Source: Cyanophora paradoxa CCMP329
Lineage: Eukaryota > Plantae > Glaucophyta
Direction: 5' to 3'
Assembly: GCA_004431415.1 (NCBI GenBank)
Contig: QPMI01000176.1
Span: forward strand, 1-64,000
DNA: 64,000 nucleotides
Positions 48,901-58,970 of this stretch are shown piece after piece. The notes under the pieces were generated by a model. It was not told the origin of the DNA and made no database searches. It worked only from the letters and a program-made list of their open reading frames with translations. How positions within the stretch are numbered: position 1 is the stretch's first letter; the number at the start of each line of letters is the position of its first letter. The position numbers and the translations under genes were made by a program.

Positions 48901-51057
48901 CAAGGTGATACTCTAAGAGGTAAATTTGGAATCCCGGTTTCATAATCAGTTCTCCATGGCCACATCCAGCCTGCCAGAGAGATCTTAAGCAATATCTTTG
49001 CAGCTGCAGGTTGGCCCCAGCTAGCTATAGGGCTGCCGTTCAGCTCTTGCATTCCCTAGTCATCCCTCTTGATGGCGGACAAGTTAGGTTCCAGTGGCCC
49101 AACGCTCTTGCAATCAATTGCCAGGCAGACAGTTGTTTCCACTGGTTCCAAGAGGGGGGGGGTGGACTGACGGTGGGGTACGAGAAGATAGGCTATACTT
49201 CAGGCCATCCAGCTTGCATATGAGCAGCGCTCCAACTGGCCAGAAGTGCTTAGCTATCAGCGAGATGCAATCTCACTGCCTGGAGCGCCCAGGAGCGCCC
49301 TTTTTCGGGGCAGCACGCAGCTGCAGCGACCGCAATTCCGCCATGGCGGAGCTGCTTCATCGCGATCTTCGTGCTCCAGACGGGACGTAGCTAAGCAGGA
49401 GCGGTCCGCTCGAGGCTGTCTGTGGTCGGCCAGAAGGTACTTCCGCGCCTTGCTCTCCGTGGCGCCTCACGACATCATCTCACGGCTCTGCTCGCAGGGG
49501 CTCGCACAAGCCTCTCAGATGTTCTCGGCTGGTCGCGCGGTTGCGCCGCCGCGACGCGCCGGCCACTCGTGTCGCCGGGCGGGTGCAGGTGCAGTTGGGC
49601 CTCAACGGCATGTCTTGTGTCACCTGCGCTTCGCCAGTTGTGATGTGTGCGGTCGCAGGACGCGATGCGCTCTCGTGGTTCGGGTCACAGCCCCCCAGGA
49701 GTCGCCGCGGTGCGGGCGGGACCTTTTGCCTCCTTTGCTGAGCTCGGTTCTGATGCCGTGTGCATGCAGGCATTGCGTGTGCATTGTGTTGCGCTTCGGA
49801 TCGCGCGTTTCAGACCGAGAACGCCACCGCGTCCCCCTTCTGGGCCAGCTCTTGGTCCTCTCCGTCGCTCTCCGTGTCTCCCTTGGATAGTGAGTCATCG
49901 AGATAGTCATGTATGATAAATCCACGCGTTTTCCCGTCGCCTCCGCCTCAGTGGTGGGTGCCACTGCTGTGCCACTCTCGCAGATCTAGAGGCGCCCTGC
50001 AGCTGCCCGCCCAGCACGCCCCGCGGCACTGGAGATGAATAAAGCCGATGTGAATTACATTGAAGCACATCAGAGCACAGTCCAATGTGTCCGCTGAGCG
50101 CGGGCAAGGGATCCAAGCCTGATCCCAAGGCCTTGCCACCACCACCGCCAGCGACCGAACGCAGCAGGGCACCCTGCACAGCGTGCAAGCAGTGCGCAAC
50201 AGAGTTAGCCTTGCGTAAGAGCGCAGCTGGCGCGGGCGTTCTGCCGGGATGCGCACCGGGAGCGACCAGCACCAGGGGCGCAGCGGCCACCAAGCCAGTC
50301 CACGCGGCGGAACCTCCCAGTGCGTCCCGCGTAAGCTGTTGATATAAGCAATGTGCGCGTGGGCTGCAAGCGTCGGGCGAGGTCACGGTTGGTCGCTGGC
50401 TGCCGAGCGGGCAAGTGCAGTGGACGGACCCTCATCATCGTGCGCAGGCGAGGACGTAGACCATTCACGAACACTTCCAACATCTTGCAATCCTGTTCGA
50501 AGCATGTTAGACCCGTGCAGCTAGAGCCCGGACGGCGCACCCGAGCCTTGGAGCGACGTCAGCGATCGGCCGGCCAGCGACTCCCAGCGCATTTCCTGCA
50601 CATCTATGTGCATCACACAGCTAGATAGGCTTGAGCCACTTAGCCGGCCTGGCCCGGCGACGTCGCTGCGCTCGCCCCCGCAAAGGGGTAAACTCGAAGT
50701 CGTTACCCCGCGGGCCGGGAGCAGCGACCGTCGCTAGCTTATGTGAGCTTTTGTGTCGTAATGATCTATAGTGAGGTTTGGGCGTCTCTCCGCAGCCCGC
50801 GCGCAGCCCGGGAGCCGCGCGCGTTCAGCTGCAGGGGCGCTCGAAGCAACACAGCGGGATCTCGCCTGGGACGCAAGCAGGCCATCGGCTCGTAACGGAT
50901 TCTATCTAGATATGCAAAACATAGCATATGTACGCGCTTGCAGCGCTCCACGGCGAGGTTGTCTTAGAGGGGGTAACAACAAGGGGGTAAAATCGGCCCA
51001 AAAGGAGTAAACTCGAAGTCGTTACCCCGGGGTAACGACACTTCGTGGCTACCAGTG

Positions 51058-54000
51058 GCAATGTGCTGAACTTGAGGATTCACGCCGACGCCATTAACTG
51101 TAGCAGCAGGCCTAGGGGTAGCGACTGCAGGGGGGCCCGGGACCGCGACTGCTGGGGGGCCCGAGCGCTGTAGAGGGATAGCTCCGCGCACAGAAAAGAA
51201 GCTCGCATCAAAAATAGATTGAGGGGGGCTAGGGCGGTCACGTGACTCAGGGTTTGAACCATCGTAATCAGAGCCCTCCCCTAAATGCCGTAAACGAAGA
51301 AGCTCAATGCGCTCGACAGCAGGAGGCAACGTAATCTCGAGAATATCCAGAAAACGTTTCCACAGGTTTAGCAGAGCATTAACGGAGTACACTGGTACCC
51401 GCTCAGCAAGTAAATTATCGGGTGAGAGATATGCACGGGACAGCTGAAAAATTGCGTAAATGCCCGCCAAAATATAACCGAGATACCGAACACAGAAATC
51501 GGCATCCTCAGAAGATGTGATCAATGTCCCCGCAACACCGGGAACTTGTGGATCTAGAATAGCGGAGAACGTAATAGGAGGCAATGGTAAAGAGGGCTGC
51601 ACGTCCTCGGGCAAAGCCTCTGCTAAGGATGTGAGCTCAGCATGCATGGCCCGCCAAAAACCCTGCACCACAGGGCAATCAAAGAAAACGTGCCGCACTG
51701 AACGATGCTGCCCATCATTACAAGCGCGGCAGAAAATAGCCGCGACCGGCGGCCGTTGTAAAGATGGGAAAGCCTTATATCGGAGACGGAAGAGGACATC
51801 GAGCCACAGCATAGGAAAGGCACGAAGGGCGACGAGCTGAGACACGCGATTAAGAGGGAGGTCCAGACCCCAGTGTTCTGAAGGCATCTTAGCCCTACTC
51901 CGCACCCGCCACAGTCGCTGTACCTCGAGCTGGTAAAAGCGCCGAACAGAAAAGCCCTGAAGCGTGAGCATCTTATCGAATGTGAAAGCAAAATTGCTGT
52001 AGGAAAGCGTAGCTGTCGAACCCGTGCCAAGCGAAACCAGAATTGGACGCGAACCTCTGCGCAAAGAAATAAAATACTGGAGGAGAGCACATGAAGCGGC
52101 AAGAGGCCAGCTGGTACGCCAGGGTACAAGAGCGGATCTGGAGGGCGGCCACGGGGCCACGGGACGAAATCCAACACCCGTGGGACAATCTCACCTTCAA
52201 AAAGAGGGAAGGCCACAAAAAAGCCCGAGGGACCCCTCAGATACACATATTTATCATCTTTCGATTTATACCATAAGAAACGTTCCGGTACGGCATTAGC
52301 AGTAAGCGTTGTAAGCCAACTGGATGGCAGGGCACGACAAATTTGATCAAAGGCAGCAGTATAATCAACTAGCATTGCAGGGGAGCACGAAATCGGTGCA
52401 ACTGTACATCCCAAATGTCAGCGACGCGCTGTACACCGGCTCTCGCAAACTCAGTATGTGTCTGTGCTGCAATGTCACTAGGAAGAACATATAAAGGATT
52501 AAGAAAAATAGGCTGGGTCAAAATTTGATGCACGGTTGTAGGAGATGCAACGGCTTGACGATCTCGCCACGCCTCAAACAGCATCTGCCAAAGCGGTGGC
52601 AAATGCAATCTTGGCAAGATGGCAGACACATCAAGCCCAAAATGACATTAGCATAAGAGAATGGAGCCAACTGACGGTCTATTTGGTATTGAATATATTC
52701 CTTCCAAGGAGCTGAACAGGCCGGGTCGTTAAGGAAGGCAAGCCATTTAGATTTTAAAGCCAGCGAAAACGTAACAATATCTGGGCAATTTAATCCACCG
52801 TCTTTAAACGGAAGCGCCGTAACATATGTAGATACAGAGCCGCGTACACCCGAAAAGTTGCGGATTAAATTACTCCAAGCTTTATAACGATCACCTCCCG
52901 GTTCTAAAATATACAGCGGATAATGTAGTGATCCCACAATAGCAGCCCACGCAAGTAAAACACCAGAGCGTAGAGGCATCCGATTCCGGTTAACTGACTG
53001 TGCGCGCAGAACGAGAGCAGCAGTCTTTTTATTCCAAAACCGGTCATGCACTAGCTCCAGAGGGAACCCGAGATATTTGGCGATCTTGGCATCTGCGGAA
53101 ATCTCAGAAGGATCAACCTTCATACGCTCAAAAGGACAATCAGGTGGAAGAGATAAATTTGAGTGCATGGGTAGTATATGCGATTTTTCGAGATTAATTT
53201 TCGCCCCTGTTAACCGTTGAAATTTCTTAATGAGAGCGTCCCAAATGGGGAATTCCGCAAAGGAGGCAATAAGGGGAACAGTATCATCAGCAAACTGGAG
53301 GACCTTGCATATGGACCGCCCAGAAATTTGCACCCCGCGTATACGGGGTTCAGTATCGATTAACATGATTAATAGATGCGCACACAAATTATATAGATAT
53401 GGCGATAGAGGACCACCCTGCCGGACTCCGCACCGGATGGGAAACCGAGGCGTTGTCCAGCCATTAATATGGATCATCCCCGACAGATCAGAATACAAAA
53501 GACGGACCCAGTCAGTAAAGTAGGACCCAAATCCATATTGATTCAAGGTCCAGAAAAGAAACTCCCAATTCACCCGATCATAGGCTTTGGAGAAATCAAG
53601 GAACCCCAAACAAAGTTCCTCGAGATCGGGATTATCCCCCTCATAATACATCAATAAATATACGAGCATAAATTGATGCACCGCAGAACGTTTGGTGATA
53701 AAACCCGACTGATATTTTGATATTAAGCGGGGCATGATAGGGGTCAAGCGGTTAGATAATGCCCGCTCGACTGCTCGCTCCTCTACATTCGATAGAGCGA
53801 TAGGCCGACGGTTAGTGACCAAAGTCGCATCCGTACCAGGTTTCGGAATTGGGACAATGAGGATATCTCGTAGCGAGCCAGGGGCCGCCTTCCGATTATG
53901 CATAGCCTTAAGGTATTCCATAAAATCTGGACCAATGTCGCCCCAGAAAGTACTATAAAATTCAGGTACTAAACCATCAAGTCCAGGGGATTTTCTAAGC

Positions 54001-55525
54001 CCAGATATATCCTTAAACGATTGCAACAATTCATAGGCGGCCAGTGGGGTATCAAGATCCACGGCCTCCCGCGGAATGAGTTTATAAGGCGCATACAGTG
54101 ACGCACATTCAGCCCGTTCATCACGATGCGCCGCCACCACACTTTGAGCTTGCTGACCATCGTATAAATCAGCGAAATGAGCTGCCGACAACGTCATAAG
54201 CACAAAGGGATTATCAGAAGCATAAGAGGGATCCGGGGTGTTGGCCGGCCGGAGTTTATTCTCACATCCGGTCTCCTGCTCAGCAGTTCCGAAATAATGA
54301 GTGAAAAACTCCCGCCTCGATGTGGCCTCGTTCTGACTTGAGAATAGCGAGTCAGCTTGAACGGCAGCCCTACACACTTGAGGCATGCGCTCCCGCAGCT
54401 CTCTATAAAGAGCAGAGCGGCCACTCAAGAAACTGTCCCGTAAGATCTCGCCCTGCGAATAGGCGGTGATGAGACGTTCGAGACGTTTCATAGCAGACCA
54501 GTAAGCCGACTTATTCTTGCGCCGCTCAGTCGACTCCCACGCAGAGAGAGCAGTCTGTAGATACCGTTTAAGAGCTTCGAAGCGAAGAATAGAATCGGAT
54601 GCAGGCGAAGGCCACTCAGCACGCCACATCTGAAAAACCTTCCGAATTTCAGCGAGATACGCTGGGTTCTTCCCATAAAGGTCCCATCGCATCTTCCAGC
54701 GACCCGGCCCACGCTGATGAACTGGAGGGGACAGCGTGAGTTGAACTCCAATGTGATCAGAAAGAGGCCTATCAAGATGTCTGGAAGTGTATTTCATCCA
54801 TGGGACGAGCACTGGGTTCCATGCGAGTAGGGATTGAGAGACAAAGAAATAATCTAGACGAGATTCGACGGCCCCCGAGGCTGCCTGGGCATTAGTCCGA
54901 TAAAACGTTTTAAATCGATTAGACCGGCGCTCATCCGTACAAAGCGATGCAACATCCTGGAGTTGATATTGCGAGCAAACCGCTTCAAAGGATGCAGGGG
55001 GCAAAACCCGCCCCGAAGTACTGTTCGCGTCAGAAGGCAAAAGGTGAAAGTTAAAATCACCACATAAGATTAAATGGGACCCCACAGGAACGACCGACTC
55101 CAGAGTATGACACAATGTCTCGTAGAAGCCTAACCGTTCAGCATCCTGAACAGGTGCGTAAATGTTGCACAGGTAAATATTTACAGTTCCAGAGCGCAAC
55201 AGGAACAGCTGCAGCCGGGAACTCTGTGCAGGAGCTAGCGAGGTAATGCTAAATCGCTTATTAGGGAAGAGAGTAGCTACACCTTGACTGGCAACTTCTG
55301 GATTGAAAGCCCAGTACGAAGGGTAGCCCCCCACTTGCCTTTCAGAAAAGCAGCGTCTACTTTACTCGATACGTGAGTTTCCTGTAAACAAACTATGGAT
55401 TTGCGAGACTGTTCACGAGCACACTTAAGGAGATAATCAACGTGGTGCATACCAAGTGAAGCACAGAAGCTTGTGTCTCCTACTAATTTCCCTGCAACGT
55501 TCAGGGAGACAATATTGATGGCCAT
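51058..55525 (-). pseudogene. LINE ORF2, N-terminal part: AP endonuclease + reverse transcriptase + zf-RVT; several frameshifts
   Basis: APE motifs SLNVAG, CLQETH, NIYAP, CGDFN, SRLDYFF and SDH. RT motifs KSPGLDG, RPIALSN, QSGF, LDFSKAYDRVNW, GVRQGGPLSPYLY and QFADD. zf-RVT is CRAC..SVRHVFFDCPVVQGFW. Frame breaks occur near 55330, 52620, 52400 and 52160. Confidence 0.92.
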
Positions 55526-55606
55526 AGTATGATCACGGTGGTTTAAAGAATCCAGAGAAAACTATGTACAAGCTTAAATTGAAGAAGGGCAAAATACGAG
55601 ACGACC

Positions 55607-56140
55607 CTACTTGCCAGTGCCAGAACCGGCACCAGTGCCAGAACCGGCACCCCGAACGCGTGTTGGAATTGTACGGCCGGCGGCAGCGATCTGCATGTTC
55701 GTCATCTCCGTGGGCAGGCCAGCGGGCTGCGCTCAGAAACAAGGTGAGGGCGAGTTGAAAAAAGTAATAAGAGTGCCAATTTATGAGATGTCTATGCATC
55801 GTATTTAAACAGTAATCCAGTTTTAAAGCCCAGATCAGAACAATTGCAAGTTCAAGGTGCCGCAGCTGCAGCGCAGCCTTGGCATCATGCCGCAGCTGCA
55901 GTGCAGCTTTGGCAGTCCACAACCCCAACTGCAGCGCAGCCGGGGGGGCCACCAACTGTACACCCCTATTAGATCTGAACAAAAAGAAAGAGCTCACCGG
56001 GTCTATAGCCATGTCCGAAGGGCCGCCAGCGGAGCCAGAGGGGGCGGGAGGTGCGGCAGAGGCCTTCCCGGCCCGGGCTTGGAGAATGGCCTGAAGGGGG
56101 AAGACAATGCGGTGGGCAGGCTTGGAGAGCTGTCCGTCAG
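55607..56140 (-). pseudogene. 3' remnant of LINE ORF1, possibly containing an intron (55727-55997)
   Basis: ..HRIVFPLQAILQARAGK..DMAIDP|GTGAGC...GCGCAG|PAGLPTEMTNMQIAAAGRTIPTRVRGAGSGTGAGSGTGK*. It stops 81 nt before the ORF2 ATG. Confidence 0.45.
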
Positions 56141-56537
56141 GCCGTGGTGCATCAACTTGGCATAAATTAAATGCGTCGCTTCCACTAGTGTCCGTATTTA
56201 AAATTTCGCGCCGCTCGCCGAGTCGATCACTAGAGCTTCTAGATATCGATGGCCTATTTTTCTCCACCTGCCAGGCTGCCGCAGTGCCTTCGATTTTCCC
56301 CCATGGCCAAGCCTGGCAAGCTCGTATATCGAAATTTTGGCTGCATGCCACGCACACGCACTTCGAATACCCTGGTTTCGAAAAGGCCCCGCTGCCGAAC
56401 ATTCAATGAAATTCGATTCGTGCCTCAGAGAGTGCCGTGGAATCCGACGAGCCTGTGAATGAACGGGAGGGGCTTGATTGTGAACTGGGGGTGCTGGCGG
56501 GTCGGGCCGGCGGGGGGCACGGGCCGGCGCGGCCGGG

Positions 56538-58934
56538 CTACAGGTTGAACTTGCTCCTTGCCTGGTGCGAGGCCCGCTGCGCCTCCTGCCGCCCCCTCGC
56601 GCCCGCCGCCCGCGGCCCGCGGCCCGGGGGGCGAGCGCCCGCGCACCTGGGCGGCGTACGAGGCGAAGGCCTGGCGGCGGCGGCGGCGCCGAGTCGGGCG
56701 GGCGATCTCGAGGAGGCGAAGGGAGGGGAGGGGCGGGGCGGGGGCTCGCGCACGTCGATGAGGCCGCGGACCTGGGCGCGGCTGAGGCGGAGGATGCGCG
56801 TGTTGTCCGGCAGCACGTGCCGCCACACCGCCTCCGGCATCGGCGGGAACTGCCCACGCCCCGGCTCTCCAGGGGCGGGGGGCGGGGCGGGGGGCATGCG
56901 CGCGCGCCTCGTAGAAGGTCTGGACGTAGATCTGGGCGGGGAAGGGGCTCCGTCGCCTCCTGGGAGCTGCTGCCGCCGCCGCGGCAGGAGCGGCGGCGGC
57001 AGCAGCAGCAGCGGCGGCGGCGGCGGCGGCGGGCGCGGGGCGGCGCCCGGGGGCCGGGGCCGGGGCCGCTGGGGAGGGCCCGAGGGGCGGGCTGGAGGGC
57101 TCCGGGGGCGAGGGGGCGCCGCCGGAGGCGCCGCTGTCGCCGCTGGCGGGGGCCTGCCCCGAGGAGGCGTCCGACGACTGCGCCGACTGCGACGGTGACG
57201 TCGTCGGCCCGCGCCGCTGCCACGCCTCCGGCTCTGCGCCCCCGCCCCGTCGGCGGCCGCGGCGGCGGGGCGGGGGCGGGGGCGGCGGGCCGAGGTTGTC
57301 GCCGCCGGGGCGGGCCCCCTCGAAGACGCCGTGCAGCACGCGCTCAGTGAAATTGAACAGGAAGACCGCTGCGCCCCGGCCCGCCGCGGACGGTTGGAGT
57401 GATTGCCGTACCCCCAGGACAGGGGGTACGATGGAGAGGGCACCGGTGCGGCCGGGGACGATGCTCTGGACGGTGGGGAGGTACTGGCGCGGGAGCCCGA
57501 AGAGGCGCCTGCGGGGGGCGCGCCCTCGTCGGCCCCGGCCGCGGCGGCGGGGCGCGCGGGGGGCGGAGGGCGGCGGACCGGCGGAAGCACTCGTCGATGG
57601 TCTCCGACGTGCACCCGAAGATGACGCCCGCCGCCGGCTCCGACCGCCGGAACGGCCCCTCCCCGCTCCCGTGCCCGCCGTGGAACGCGGCGGGGGGGCC
57701 CGCGCCGCCGCCGCCGCCGCCGCCGCCGAAGCCGCTGCGCGCGAGGAGGGTTGGAGGGCAGCGGCACGGCGAGGGGCGCACGGGCACGCGCACCCTCCTC
57801 GAGCCCGGAGAGCGGGGCCGCGGCGGGGCGCGGCAGCGACAGGCCCCTCCAGCGCCGGCGGCGCTCCCGCGCGACTGCCGGCCGCGGCTGCTCCGCCGCG
57901 CGCCGCCGAGGGGCGAGCCGGCCTGGGCGGCGGCCGCGGAGAGGATGTGCTGGCCATGGGACGAACCGGCCGGCGCGGGTTGCTGCGAGGGCGCGTGCTG
58001 CACGAGCGGGATGTGGTACTGCCAGGAGCATCAGATGTCGATCAGAAGCGCGCAAAGGAGAGAGGAGAGGCCGCGCAGGCGCGCGCGCACCGGGACGTGG
58101 ACGGGGGCCCCCTGGTGCTGCATCGCGGAGGCGTCGATCGCGTACATCGCGCCCATTGGTGGCTGCAAATGATAAATATCCTCGACACGCAAGTGCGGGA
58201 GCGCCGATCGCACCGCGAGCGCAGCGTGGCTCGCTGCGATGTTGAATCCTGCGAAGGCCTGCGCCATCGGGTCCGGCAGAAAGCCGGGCATCGTAGGCCA
58301 GAGAGCTGCGGGAAAACAAGTGTTCGCGGCACATGCATACGGAGGGAGTCTAGATCTGTCGCGACGTGGAATTCGAAAGGATCGCACCGAGGTGCGACGG
58401 GTCCGGTCCCGCGCCCGACGCGGGGACGAAGAAGGACATCGGCATGTGCGCGTGCATTCCGTGCTCGGCCTCCGGAATGAACTGGTTGAAGCCTCCCGCG
58501 GAGCCGTGCCCGTTTGCGTCGTGCGTGTCGCCGCCCTGGCGCCGGCGCCGGCCACGGCATCAGCAAGCCCCAGGCGGACGACGGGAGCGCGTTCGCGCGT
58601 TCGCGCAATATGGAAAAGCGAAAGAGATTGCGCTGCGAGCGGGGCGAAGGAGTGCAGGCCACAGACGGACCCGCGGCGCCGCCTCCCAGCCAGGGAAGCG
58701 CAGAGCGTGCTCGCTGGGAAGCGGGAGGTCGGCTTCCTCTCTCGGAGAAGTCCTCATGTCGAGCTGCTCGAGTGGGCGCTCCGCGGGGCGGAGCGGGCGG
58801 ATTTGCAGCGGGCGGTACGGGCGGGGAGGACCGCGCTGCTGCGCTGCGCTCGCGGACGCCGCTTCACGCAATTCCGCATCACCACCGGCGCCGTGGGCAT
58901 CGAGCGCTAGCCCTTCGACGATCCTACCTTGCAT
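56538..58934 (-). CDS. DCD (development and cell death) domain protein; start at 58934 or 58757
   Basis: GVIFGCTSETIDECFRR|RLFGLPRQYLPTVQSIVPG..VFLFNFTERVLHGVFEGARPGGDNL|EPEAW..SPFPAQI..LRLSRAQVRGLID matches DCD hallmark motifs. It ends QARSKFNL*. Confidence 0.85.
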
Positions 58935-58970
58935 TTTGGGCGTACCCTTCAACACTGTGTTGTACCCTCC

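Larger units (their letters stand above)
39413..51057. mobile_element. CACTA/CMC-type (CACTG-terminated) DNA transposon, apparently non-autonomous, 11.6 kb
   Basis: The left end CACTGGGAGACACGAGTTGTTGTTACCCCGGGGTAA matches the reverse complement of the right end, CACTGGTAGCCACGAAGTGTCGTTACCCCGGGGTAA. The 3-bp TSD GCA is at 39410-39412 and 51058-51060. Subterminal repeats are present, and excision restores the host frame. No transposase recognised. Confidence 0.88.
37796..56140 (-). mobile_element. L1/Tx1-like non-LTR retrotransposon, probably 5'-truncated within ORF1, interrupted by a CACTA-type element
   Basis: Identical 13-bp direct repeat GCCGTGGTGCATC at 37783-37795 and 56141-56153 (TSD). 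T11 at 37796-37806 is the poly-A tail on the minus strand. It encodes an APE-RT-zf-RVT ORF2. Confidence 0.9.

Noticed and set aside
39430-51040. TGT..ACA-ended element without TSD
   Set aside because: The inverted repeat extends outward to CACTG, where a perfect GCA TSD appears and the host frame is restored.
51058-55525. Programmed frameshifting in LINE ORF2
   Set aside because: At least one break (near 55330) falls in a homopolymer run, and similar indels disrupt a conserved host gene (carrier, ~26255). Decay or long-read error is more likely.
55533-56402. 289-aa ORF as an intact gene
   Set aside because: It crosses the LINE 5' junction/TSD at 56141 and a probable intron, so it is a chimeric read-through.
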